NCBI RefSeq assembly: GCF_009914755.1
Contig: NC_060926.1
Source: the human T2T-CHM13v2.0 reference genome, Homo sapiens
Length of the DNA: 64,000 nt
Reading direction: 5' to 3' (one strand)
How positions within the stretch are numbered: position 1 is the stretch's first letter; each line of letters opens with the position of its first letter. Position numbers and translations under genes: made by a program. Under the pieces are notes generated by a model, which did no database searches, was not told the origin of the DNA, and was given only the letters and a program-made list of their open reading frames with translations. Below are positions 38,150 through 51,459 of the stretch, one piece after another.

Positions 38150-41100
38150 CTTTTGGAGGTAATTTGCATACAATAAAATTCAGTGATCTAAATTGTTCAA
38201 TTTGATCAATTTTGACACATAAACCCATGTGATCAGTACACAAAATATTACGTAAAACATTTTCTTCACTCAGAAAGATGTATTGTGCTTCTTTCCAAGC
38301 CAGAGGCACCCAATGTCCTGATTTCCATTACCAAAGTGTTGCCTATCTTTGATTTCATTTAAATATAGAGTATGCACATTGCATTTTACTTCTTTCTCTA
38401 AACATAATGTTTTGAAAATTCACCCATGTAAATGTATAATAGTTTGATCTTTTCCATTGCTAAATAGTATTCCATTATATGAATACAGCAGATTTTGTGT
38501 ATCAGTTTTCCTGTTGAGAAAACTTTGGCATATCTCCAGTTTTTTACTGTTATCAACAAGGCTGTTCCGAGTCTTTTTGTGGACATGTATTTTCATTTAT
38601 TCTGGGTAAAATCAAGAGATATAATTGTTGGCTGATAGGATTGGTAAATGTTAACTTTTTCAAAAATTGACAAATAGTTCTTCAAAGTTTTTAAGTGATT
38701 TTATACTCCCATCAATATGAGAGTTCAGTTGCACCAAATCTTTACCTTCATTTGGTATTCTCAGTCTATTTATTTATTTATTTATTTTACTTTTGTCATT
38801 CTAGTGGTTGTAAAATAGTATCTCATTTTTTAAAATTTGCATTTCCCTGATGATTAATGACATTGAGCATCTTTCCATGTCTTGGCCGTATGTGTATCTT
38901 TTATTTATAAAGTGTTCATTCAAGTGTTTCACTCAATTTCTTATTGTATGGCTTAATTTTTGTTGCTAATTTGTGGGAATGCTTTATATATTTGCAATAC
39001 AAATTCTTTGCCACATACGTATAGTATTTTTATATATTATATTTCATTGTGTCTTGGAACTGCTTTTTCATTTCCTTACCCATATCTTTCAAAAATCTAA
39101 AGTTTTTATTTTGGTAAAGTCCAATACAGCAATTATTTACTTTTAAAGTTTATATTTTTGGTTTTCTATGTAATAAATCTTGCATATCTTGAGGTCACAA
39201 AGATATTCTCTCATTTTTTCTGCTAGAAGTTTTGTAGAGTTGCTTTTAAATTTAGGTTTATGATCCATTTAAAATGAACTTTTATGTATGGTGTGAGGTA
39301 AGGATTGCAGTTAATATATTTTTCATACAGATATTCAGTTGTTCTGGCACCATGTATTGAAAAGATGACATTTTCCCTACTGAATTGCCTTCATGCCACT
39401 GTCGTGAATCAGCTTACCATATGTGAGGCCCTTTTTCTGGGCTATGTTGTTTTATTGACCTATATCACTTATAGATATAATTTATTTGTAAGACATCAAT
39501 ATCAGAGTTTCTTGATTAGTGTAGCTTTATAGTAAGTTTTGAAATCAAATGCTATAAATTCTCCAACTTTGTTCCTCCCTATAAAATATTTCTTGACTTT
39601 TAATTTTGAAATATTAATAGACTTCCAAAAATTAGAAAAGTAATACAAAGAATTCACTCCAATTTCCCAAATGTTAATATCTTACATAAACCACAGTATG
39701 ATACCAAACTCAGAAAATTAACATTGATACAGTAATGTTATTTAATATATGTCTTACTCAAATTTTACCATTTCTTGTTGCTCATTTGCAATTCCATCCA
39801 TTATCATCTCCCTTCAGCCTGAAGAAATTTGCCTTGTAGAACAAGAACAGTAGTAGTTCTTGTAGGCAAACTTTTTGAAAAGTAATTATGGTTTTTTTTT
39901 CCTCTCTCTTTCTAAAAATGTCATTATTTTGCCTTTAATTTTTAAGATAGGGTTCTAGGTTTACAGATTTTTTTTTCCAATCCCTTATAGATGCTCTTCT
40001 TTTGACTTCTAACATCTATTATTTTAGGTGACAATTCCGGGTTTTTTATTTGTTTGTTTTCTTGGTACCAATTTGCCCTTATACCTTTTTTCTTTGCCTG
40101 CTTTTAATACTTTTTTTTTTCTCATCTTGGGTTTTCAGCAGTGTGACTCTGGTATACATTGTTCTAATTTTCTTCTTATTTATCCTGTTTAAGTTTCAGT
40201 GATATTTAATGTGAGTTGAAATCTTTCAATAGTTTTTGAAAATTCTCAGCCACATGTCTCCAAATATTTCTACTTATTTATGTTCTCTTTCCTTTCCTCC
40301 TAAGATTCCAATTACACATATGATTGTCTATTCAATAATGTTCATCTCTGGGTAAAAATGTAGTGGAAAAATTAAACAGAGATTTTCTGATATTTTCCAC
40401 TAGATTTTTGCTTTTTTTTTTTTGTATTTCAGTATATCTTCCAGTATTACAGTCTTTTGGTTCTTTCCTACTGTGTTACTGTCAGTCTATTGTCAATATC
40501 ATTAAATAATTCTTAATTTCTAATATTGTATTTTTCACGGCTAGCTTACACATTTACTTTCTTTTATTCTTTGTATTTTCCATCTCTCTACTGAGATTTA
40601 TTATATCTTCACATATGTAGTTCTGCTTTTTCACAAGATATCTTAATGTATTTATTACAGTAATTTTAAACCCCTTGCAGGATAATTCTAACATTTGAGA
40701 GCACCTATAGCTCCATTTCTATTCATGTTTTTCTCTCTTGACAAACTTATTTTCTTGCTTACAGGATCCATAATTTCATTATTTTTATCTGAGCAACTTT
40801 GTGTAAGAGAATACTAGATACAAGACAAAAATATCATTTATTCCTAGAAAAGCACATCCCTCATTATCTATTAGGTTGTTATTGTGGGAGCTAAATTAAT
40901 CTAACCCGTATGCTTTATTTTATTTTATTTTTTGACATCCGCAGAGGAATTAGGATTTTAGCACAGGTGAGTTTTTGCATGTCTCTTTGTGTTTGTAGCC
41001 CAGTTGCCAGCTTTTTGGGTTATTGTGATATTATTCTCTTTGTTCTCTATTTTCATCTCTAGCTTTCTATACTTCAGTAAATATCTCTCCATTCTTACAC

Positions 41101-41300
41101 TCCATCCACAGTCCTTGGTAACTGATGTCCTGAATTTGAGAAAGACCTCATTTACTTATAGGAATTATCTCTTGGTTTTCTTCCCATGTTCCCAACTGTG
41201 TTGACAGGTAGTTGTAGACTTACTCACTGAGGCACCTCAGAATTCTAATTGGTCAAGGCAGTCTCCACACAGCCTCTAGAAGAGGTTACAATAGTTTCTC
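38150..41300 (-). mobile_element. Old L1M (L1MB/MC-type 3' end plus ORF2/ORF1 remnants)
   Basis: tagtattccattatatgaatac...tttgcatttccctgatgattaatgacattgagcatc...tatggtgtgaggtaagg; T-rich continuation. Confidence 0.8.
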
Positions 41301-41349
41301 CTTATCCCTGACTATAGAGGATTCTCCTGGCTGCTGCTTCTTCACTAGG

Positions 41350-41352
<3 letters not shown>

Positions 41353-41381
<29 letters not shown>

Positions 41382-41403
41382 ACAAACAAACAAACAAAAA
41401 AAC
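41353..41403. repeat. (AAAAC)n/(AAAC)n simple repeat
   Basis: Read directly. Confidence 0.95.
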
Positions 41404-42739
41404 ACTTTTCCAACACCCTAGGAAAGGCTTGCCATTTAAAAAATTTTGTTTAGTGTTCTCTGTGTCCTCCCATTGCCAGTGAATAAGAACAAAAACAAAA
41501 ACATTGTGCTCTAACTTGTCCAGCCTTTCCTTGTTAGGGTGGAAGAAACAGTCTCTTATGATTTTTTTTTTTTTTGCATTCTAAATTCATTTTTTGCATT
41601 TAAGCAGAAGTTGACCATTCTACCATTCTTTCCCTAACTTCTGTGGTCTGAATTTTGTATTTTCTACTTATAAAATTACACTACTTTTCATGCCTGATTC
41701 CTTGTAACAATCTGTGGGGGTCATGATGTTGGAGGGTCTGCTGCCCTTGGAGTATCAGTATTAATCAGGTGGAAGGATGCCATCCCTTTTTCTTTGTTTT
41801 TAGTCATGGAAAGTGTCCTTGTTGGAATACATTCCCACTCACCCTGGTATCTCTTGATAAGTAGTAATTTGAAGTTATCTTGACGCCAGTCCCAGGAATG
41901 ATTTCCTTCCTAGTACACTCCTGGAACCACAGCCCTCATGGTCATTGTAGCAATTGACCATACTTAAGAGGTACTTCATTCTGTTGTCAATCACTGGACT
42001 GCCAGTTACTCAAAAGTTACTAACTTTTAGTTTCAACTTTTAGTAAACAAACAAACAAAAACAAAAATAAATGGACACATTGGTCTAGATTCTATAAATG
42101 GAGTAGGAAATCCTAGTTTCTTGAGAATCCAGGTGGAGATGATGTTAGTGAATTTGTAGGGTTGGTAGCAGCAGGCTGATTTCCTTGGTCTGAGTAAGCT
42201 CAGTATTTGAAAATTATCTGCATTAAGACAGTGCATGTTGAAATTGTCTTATAGAAATGCTGTGGATTCCTTGCTGTATATAAAATTACAACGTGTACAC
42301 GACTGGCATGCACACTATGTTCAAGGTACAGATCCGTGGTCCACAGAGGGCTTCTACATGATTTGAGGGAAGATAGAGACTAGAAGTTTATTTCAGCTTT
42401 CTGTCAGATTATATGGGAAAAAATATCATACAGCATTTTAAAAAGACATTCAATGTAGTTTCCCCAGAGTCCAATTATTTTTTTTTCTTGTAGAAGAAGA
42501 ATTGCTCACTATCAACAAGGAGTTCACAATTTTATTGAACTTAAATAGCAGGTAGAGACAACTAAACAACAAGCTTATATTGAATACTTCCTCTGTGGCC
42601 AGCATAATAATGGGATTGTAGTCATATGACATGCTCTCTTAAGTAAAAGAGATTATACCCTAGATCAGGAAACTAACGTATATACCTAATCAAAGTATTT
42701 AAGCATTACTTTTATTGTTGCTATTATTTAAATCTTTCC

Positions 42740-43170
42740 TTGAATTTTTAATTGGCAAATAATAATTGTGTATATTTATGGGGTAAAATGGAAAGTTTTG
42801 ATTGTTGTATACATTATAGAAAGATTCAATTAAGCTAATTAACACAACCACGAACTTATTATTTTGTAATGAGAACATTAAAATTCTACTCTTTTAGCAA
42901 TTTTGAAATTTACAATACAGTATTATTAACTATGGTCATTATGCAGTGAAATAGATCACTAAGCCTTATTCCTCCAGTCCAACTGAAACGTTGTACCCTT
43001 TGATCAATGCCTCCCCTTCCCGCATCACTCACTCTTCCACCCCCGAGCCTCTGGTAACCGCCTTTCTATTCTGTTTCTATGAGATCCACTTTTTTAGATT
43101 CTACACTTGAGTGAGATCATACAGTATTGGTCTTTCTGTGCCTGGCTTATTTCACTTAGCATAATGTTTG
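42740..43170 (-). mobile_element. L1MA-type 3' end
   Basis: aataattgtgtatatttatgggg...tttagcaattttgaa...gagtgagatcatacagtattggtctttctgtgcctggcttatttcacttagcataatg. Confidence 0.92.
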
Positions 43171-43659
43171 AAAGTTGTCCAACAAATGGTTCAAACAAAG
43201 TGTTGCAGGAGCTCAGATGAGGGAGTAGATAGAAAAGTGCTGAGAAACAAAGTGAGGGATCTCGGGGAGACTTCACATAGAACATGGGACTTCAATAGGG
43301 TTCTGAAGTATGAGTAGTGGGTTTCAACACAGAGACAACTTCGTGGTACAGTCAGTCACGTCAAAGAGTTGGAACTAGTTTGGCACTTGATACAGTTTCA
43401 CTTCTCTTCTTGTCAGTCCCTACAGAAAGGCAAGAAGCCTGAAGTGTCAGACAAATGAACAAAATTGTGAAGGGAGCCTATTTATAAGGTATAAATATGA
43501 AATCAAGACATTTGGCTATAGTAGAGATAATTTTCAAACAAATCTATGCACTTACTCCATTGGCATAGCTTATGTTAAAACTGTCTGTGGCAACTAAGTC
43601 CTGGGAACAACTCTTCCAAGCCTATTTTAGAGTTATTTGAAGTCTCATTTCTGCAGAAT

Positions 43660-44030
43660 AGTGATTCTCAACTGGGAGTCTCTATGAGAAACTCTTAGGA
43701 GATTTTAAAATGCAGATACTCAGGTTTTATCGCAGCTCTACTGCATCTGAGTGTTAGGAGTATGTATCAGAATCACCTGTATGTAAATATGATCCTACTT
43801 GCATACAGGTGATTCTGATTTTTTTTTGGTTACAAATCATTGTTCTATAGCAGAGTTGACAAACTTTAGCATGCATCAGAATTACCAGGAGACCTGTTAA
43901 AATATAAATAACTGGGCTGCATCTTCTAGAATTTCTGATTCAGTAGACATAGGATGGGGCCCAAGAATTTGCATTTCTAATACATTCTCAGATGATGCTG
44001 ATGGAATGTGGCTGGTCTGAAAACCATGCA
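43660..44030. mobile_element. Two adjacent MER5-type MITEs
   Basis: taaaatgcagatactcagg...caggtgattctgat; gcatcagaattacc...tttctgattcagtag...ggggcccaagaatttgcatttctaa. Confidence 0.8.
43766..43819. repeat. 21-bp-arm inverted repeat (hairpin)
   Basis: atcagaatcacctgtatgtaa-N12-ttgcatacaggtgattctgat; single mismatch is a U-G pair on +. Confidence 0.95.
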
Positions 44031-45466
44031 TCTTAGGTACTGCAAACAAAAACTATCAGAGACAATATAAATTACATAACAGTGTAGCTTGCATATATGG
44101 GTTACAGGTTTTCTGAAAAGAGGGGAGGGCACTAGATTTGAAGCATGGAATTTAGGGTGACTATGCCCTCATCTTTTCACCTCCATGCACAGGGAGGGCC
44201 AAGACCTCTTTCAATCCCTGCTGGTTATGTTCTGGGGTAGCAGAGAACAGTCTGGATTTTAATTGTTTTCAGCATCTAAATATACAGATTTCTCCCTATC
44301 GAGAAGAATGACTGAAGGCAGCTCCTGTAGAGAGGTTCCCGAAATGGTCAAAGCTCTGCCAGACTCATCAGGATAGGTCTGTAGCCTCCCTACAGGGTTC
44401 CTCTGAAGAGGACATACATACATGGAGGCAGGGACATACTGAGATCAGGGTAATGGGATCCCAACGAAAGGGAATATCTTATCACTGACATTGTTTAGAA
44501 GTGCTGGCTCATGCTAATAATAAAAAGCAGGCTGAAGTTTTTTTGGTCTGTTTTATTATTGTTTTAAAATTCTCTACAGACGATATTTGCCTTTATTATT
44601 TACACCTGTGGTGGACCTTTCCCATTGTTCTGGCCTTGATATGCTACGGCTTGGAGGCACAAAGGTCTTTTTTTTTTTTTTTGTAAGTTATCCACTTTAT
44701 TATGGCCACAGGTCACTATTCTTCAAAGGATCAAATAGAAACAGGCTTTACAGAAAAGGAATTTCCACAAAGTCCCTGGAGATCAAAGACGTCTAATTCG
44801 TGGACATTGAACATTCTGTCAATTCTTCTGTGAGGCAGGGCATTCAACTGAAGCAAAACAGCCTCATTTTCTCAAGACAATAAGAAGAAAAGAAAAATAA
44901 AACCTGAGATTCAAGCTAGTGCTGTCCTTCTAAGTCTGAGAGCCTCTTACCTTTTCGTTGCAGTGCGTCCTCAGACATATTGTCTCATTTTGAGTCTCGA
45001 GAGCTGTATTTTATGCTGGGTGTCACGGGAAAAACTCATCCCGAGAAGGCAGAGGAATTAAGACAGAGAAAGTTTTAGAGCATTACATATTGGTCTGTGG
45101 CAAGGGAGCACTTGACTGAACAAGAACCAGCCAGATGCAGTGTCTCCAAGGTGCATCTATAATAACTTAGGTGGCAGTAATTTCCTAGGAGATTGGCATA
45201 ATTATACCCAAACAAATTGCCTGAACAGCCACATATTTATTAACATGAGATTAAAACTCTCAAGTTTGAATAAACCCAGAGAGCAACAGCGGTAGCAAAA
45301 GCAGTAAGGGCCATTGGCAGTCTCTCTAACCCCCAACATGAGGGGGCTGAATCAGAGCCAGGGTAGGGGGTCTAGCCTGCAGTAAGGCTTCTGAGGCCTC
45401 AGTAGTAGGTTCTTGCTTACTGGAAAGGATGGAGGTTAATATAATAGGATGTCAGAACTCAGAATC

Positions 45467-45925
45467 TGTATCACCTAACTAATGTGCAACTAATCACTCT
45501 GAAACTTTGTGGCTTTAAACAACAACCATTTATTTACTTTTTAATTTAGGCTGGATTCAGTTCTGGTCTCATCTTATTCCTTTTGTGTGTCTGCAGTCAG
45601 CTGCAGGTCAGTTAGGCAGTGATGCTTCCAGGGTTGGCTGGCTGTTGGACAGGGCATTAGGCTGACTGCACAAGTGTTACCAGTCCTCCAGCAGCTGAAG
45701 CTGCGCTTAGAAGCGTTGCACGCAAGGCCTCAGGAAACCTAGTTCAGAATCCACACACCATCATTCCCACTAAATTCTCTTGGCCAAAACAAGTCACAAG
45801 GCTAGCCCAGAATCAAAAGAAGGGGAAATAAACTGCATTTCTTGATAAGAGAATATGTAACTTCACATGACTAGTGGCATGAGTACAAAGAGAAATGGAG
45901 GACTGTGGACATTTTGAAATCTACA
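45467..45925 (-). mobile_element. Old MLT1 (H/J-type) MaLR LTR
   Basis: gtggctttaaacaacaaccatttatt...ttggccaaaacaagtcacaaggctagcccag...aatctaca. Confidence 0.8.
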
Positions 45926-46029
45926 AAAAAACTCTTAAAAAACAAAACAGAACCAGAAGTGAGGCTGCTGCTGGCAAAAGTAAACAATGAGCATTCAAGT
46001 CGAAGATATCCTAGATTCTGTATTTTTGT

Positions 46030-46860
<831 letters not shown>

Positions 46861-47479
46861 AAGAAGCAATAAAACTGGTAACAGCTGAGATGGAGATAGA
46901 GCAAAAGCTGCAGAGGGATTTGGGTAGCTGAAAATCAAACAAATACAACTAAGATCCTTACTAACAAGTAGTTACCAGTGTTCTGGGATTAAGTGATTGA
47001 ACTGTGGCTAGCTTATATAGATTCTGGCAAACATATGCCTACCTTTTGCATTGTTTTTTTTGTTGTCTCCTCCATAGAGATTTGCTGGGTTTTCATATTC
47101 CAAGAAAGACTCTGGCATTTCAATACAGGTATGTTGGTTGTTCATGGCTTTTTCTTCCAAATTAGTTGCTGGAGTGGTACCAAAACAAGTATCTGCATGC
47201 TTTTTGTACTTGTGACAATTACTGTTTAGCTAATTTCACATATCTCAGGCCTTATTGGTTCATGTCATAAAAAACCTGATATGTTAAAAATATGTCTTGT
47301 TCTTGGCATGCCATGCATCTGTGTCCATGCTGCGAAATTTAGTCCCTCTAACCCTGTAACGGAGTGTGATTCCTTGAGCATTTCATGGGGTCAAGCTCCC
47401 CCTGTTTGGCCATGGTGAGGCGTACACAGTGGGAAGTGCATGCGTGTGGAAGGAGGACCCTCATGTTCTGGTATGAGGG

Positions 47480-48320
47480 GCAATATAGAGTGGTTATCAG
47501 ATCAGAGTCCCTGAGTTCCGACTTCCCTATTCAAATGAGGGCTCTCTCATGTTCTAGTCTCATAATTCAGGACAAGTTATTAGGCCTGTCTCTGCCTCAG
47601 TTTTTCATTTCTAAAACAAGGAAAACAGTAACGTATGGTTCTGCAGTTTGTTGTGAGGTGATGCATATAAAAGTTGTAAAAGAAAATAAAAATTCAGGAC
47701 CCTCTAAATTTATTATGCCAAACAGGAAGTTAAGCCCTGAAGACTGAGTCACGTAGCCTGTTTGCAACGTTGCTTCTCAGATTATAGCTTAACTCTCCTC
47801 CTCAGTGCTCCTGTTCTATAAAGGACTGGGAGAGACCAGAGACCAGACCTCACCACTTCCAATCTTCCAACCTTTATTATGATTAACTGCCTCCTTTATT
47901 GTCCTCTACCTAACTCAGACCAGATGATACCCAAGACCCCATGACAGTTACATCTTGAGTGTGCAATGTTATAATAAATATACCTTTCCTGAAAAAACAA
48001 ACAAACAAAAAACAAGATCATCTCACCTAATCAGATCATTTGTAACTATGCATTAAGCCTCACATAGAAGATGACGTTGAAATTCTTTTAAACTTCTCTA
48101 AGCCTTGTTTATATAAACAATTCCAAACTTCTGCACTTTGGAACACTGCCATTGTTTGGAATCTGTGTTTCCTGGGTTGGCTGTCCTCAACTTTGCACTT
48201 GGATAAACTCTCTTTAAAATAAATCTTACCACTTTTGATTATTTGAGGTTGATAAGGTCTCAGAACAGTGCTTGGTGCATAGTAAGAACTAAATAAATAT
48301 ATGTGATGAACAGTAATAAT
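47480..48320 (+). mobile_element. MIR split by an ERV1 LTR
   Basis: tctctgcctcagtttttcatttctaaaac before the LTR; cagaacagtgcttggtgcatagtaagaactaaataaat after it. Confidence 0.75.
47675..48254 (+). mobile_element. ERV1 solo LTR (MER34/MER39-like)
   Basis: tgtaaaagaaaataaaaattcaggaccc...tatgccaaa...gaagttaagc...ctgagtcacg; ends gattatttgaggttgata; subfamily uncertain. Confidence 0.75.
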
Positions 48321-49104
48321 AGGAGTATCCATTCCTCCACTACCTCCTAGGCTGCTCTGTGCCAAGTCTTTTCCATTAAAATGTACTAAGCACTTACTGT
48401 GTACCTTGCATTGCCTATAAGTCATAGAGATGAACAAAATATGTTTTCTGTTTTCAAGGATTCATTAGGGGTAAAAAGGAATATAAATGAAATGAAATCA
48501 ATATCAGGCAGATGCGTAATATGCTTTAAAGAGGTTGAGACAAAATGCTGAGGCAGCACAGAGGAGGGGAAGAACAGACCAAGCAAGGCTAAGGATGTGG
48601 CATTTGAGCAGGAAGATGTTTAGAATTAGGCAGGCTGTGATGAGTTGGGGACCGAGATGGAAATGGGAAGAGAAAAGTCACTTCAATGCTTCCAATTTAA
48701 AATGAGAAAATTGGTCCATATAATTTTCAGTTGCATAAGAGCTCTAAAATTCAATTCTATGAAATCATGCTTTCATTCCTTGATGAATATATGAGAATTC
48801 TGTAAATGAGTTATTGCATCCAAAAATTTTGGCTGCTGGGCATGAAGTTTACCCAGTATTCACAGCAAAACAGATTACTAGTGGAAACTTGAATTAAAAA
48901 AATGCTGACACACTAGAAAATATAATTTGTACCCAATGGCTTGAAAAAAAAATTACCCAGTAATTCTGCAGTTACTAAATGGGGCCTAATGGCACTTCCG
49001 TTTTTCATGTTGGCATTTCAAGGTTGTTCTGACAAAGCTCACCTGGGAAGAAGGGCTTTTAGTAAAATGGCAAGACACTGCTTCCTCTGATGTCTCAATT
49101 GAAA

Positions 49105-49352
49105 CTAGTGCTTTCAAATCATTTAGATGCCATAAATGGCAGTGCCCTTATAAGTGAAGGTAGTGGTTTGCCAATTTCATTGTCTACAAGTAATACCTGG
49201 GGAGTCTGAAAAACAAATGCAAATTCTAGGAGCACTGCTGGGAGCAAAGATTCTGATTCAGTTCTGTTGGAGAACCCAAGAATCTGCATTTCAGCAAGAA
49301 TAATTGACGACTCTGATGCAAGGGTTCTCCAAGGGGCACTTCATGAAACACT
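49105..49352. mobile_element. MER5-type MITE
   Basis: aatgcaaattctagg...gattctgattcag...cccaagaatctgcattt...ctctgatgca. Confidence 0.7.
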
Positions 49353-49354
49353 GT

Positions 49355-49858
49355 TTGTGTTTCATTTCCACCATGGCTGGAGTTGCCCCAAAAATGGTGA
49401 CAGGGAAATTCCCAAAAGAGACTGCCCCAAACTGTCCCAAGATAGGGTCAGTTGGGGTTCTAAAGAAAGAATTTCTAAATGCCAGAGTGATGAGTCAAAG
49501 TCATTGGTTAAGGGGATTTACATACAGTTTGCTGCAGCTGTCCTCCCAACAGACAGGAGGAAAAGAGCTATTCTACCCAGGTATGTCCACAATGAAGGGG
49601 TCAGGTCACGGAGTTTATATAAAGGTTTAAGGAATTTGGCTCAGTGTGCATGTTTAGCAATATGTCTGATTTTTCTGTATTTCAGGTAACAACCTAAACA
49701 AGTTTATCAACGCCTAGGAATGTTCAGGGCCCTGGCTTGGGTTCAAGCCTGCAGGAGAAAACATGTAGCTAGCCAGGCCACAGAATGGTCAGGGTACTCT
49801 GTTTTTTTCTATCAGGACAAAGAAAGAAAGTAGGGTTAGGGGGGCCTAAGGGAACCTA
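49355..49858 (-). mobile_element. Old ERV LTR (probably ERVL class), same family as 57890-58615
   Basis: Shares aaagaaagaa, cctaggaatgtt and gccctggcttgggttcaagcctgcag...aaacatg with the second copy; family name not certain. Confidence 0.65.
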
Positions 49859-50760
49859 TGTACTGAGTTAAGAATAAGGTGGAGTGGCTTGTCCAAGTGT
49901 CCAGCGTTACACAGAGTGGCCATTAAACCAACATGTGTGCTCAGAACATCATTTCTCAGTTCAAAGATAAACTTGAGAACAAAATCTTTTCAATAAGGTG
50001 AACCTTGAAGAAAAATAAATTTTAAGCTACTTAATCACAGACTTAGTGTGCCTTGCTCTCAGTAATAATAATAATAATGAAATAGAAGTCTAGAAGAAAA
50101 ATCCCCATCTAAATCCAGTTTCAAGCTTCTCATAGGGCATTAGGACAGTGTGTGTAATGTAAAAATCTTACTAGACAAGAAGGCACACCGGATGCTGGAT
50201 GCTGTGTTATAGATGGACGATTTGCTAGAGGGGAAGGCATTGGCAACAGTGTGAGCCCTGTCTCTGAAGCAAGTGCTAAGCCTAGAGCCAATCAGCTACT
50301 CTAGAGAAAAAGGGCGTGACTGTTGCTTCAGAGGCATTCCTTTTAATGATAACTCAATTAGTTTTAATGGCAGTGCCTAAAAGTGCCTTATAAAACTGTT
50401 CAAGGTGCCTTCTAAAACCTACAGTTTAACACGAAATTGAAAATGGTGAGAAGTTTCAAAGCATTGTGCAGTGTCATATTGGAGTCTGGAAAGAGGTAAG
50501 TTTGTATCTTTCTAGGAGTTTTAACTGCAGGTCTATAGGAGAACGTGTGTCTGTTTCTTTGTCTAGGCTGGAGCTTTAAGAAAGAATAGCCAAGGTTAAG
50601 GGGTCAGATTAAGGGCAAGGAGAGCAGGCAAGGGAGGGAATGACCAGCAAGAGGCAGAGAGAAGTCTGGGAGGCATCATTACCCCACTTCCCCCAAAGGA
50701 AAAGGAGAAAACCTCTAAGAACTGGCTGCTCTTGTGGGAAAATGCAGTCTGTGCAATTGC

Positions 50761-50765
<5 letters not shown>

Positions 50766-50792
<27 letters not shown>
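50766..50792. repeat. Poly-T tract
   Basis: About 27 T. Confidence 0.95.
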
Positions 50793-51459
50793 GCCATCAC
50801 TGAGCTATTCAGCACTATCCAGGAGCAGAGAAGTTTCAACATGCTGTTGACAGCTAAGCTATCCTTGTTTCAAAAAAACTCCCTGTCCAAAATGTCTACA
50901 TAAGAGACATCGTTTATGAGAGATAAAAATGCCTAGATTGATATTTGGAGATCCCCAACTCATGGTTGTTCGAAATAATGACTTTAACACAAAAATAGAA
51001 GATGAAAAGATTATTTTCCATGGCGAACTCACTTTCATGAAAGTGTTTATGTTACGTATTTGAGGGAGATAAAGGATTTAAACTGTCAGGTTTTCTGGGC
51101 AGAATGCAAGCAAGTGGTGCTTGAACTGGGCCACTGAAACTGGATGGTTTTGTGGTGTTAACTCCTCTAGCCCTCCACCTCCTTAGGCTCTGTTTCACCT
51201 GGCAGCATGCTGAGCATAGAGCAATGCTCAGCGGATGCACTGCTTGATGGAGTGAGCTCCACTTGAGGATGGGGACTGCCTGCTCTTTCCTCCAGCCCCA
51301 TGGGAGGCCTTGAAGACAAAACTATAGGGGAAGTGGCAGGGCAGACCAATCTCTAGTCCCAAGACGACTTTCCTTTGCATATTTTGTTGTTCTCTTGTCC
51401 ACCTATGTCACCTTTGACTTTCCAAGTGTTTCCCATTGTTCAAGATCAGCTTAAAGCAT

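Noticed and set aside
43819-43827. Hairpin plus T-run as a rho-independent terminator
   Set aside because: Eukaryotic context, and no Pol III A/B box or upstream promoter is evident to make it a Pol III terminator
49267-49689. Longest ORF (140 aa)
   Set aside because: Spans a MER5/LTR junction, starts at a non-ATG codon, and resembles no protein I recognise
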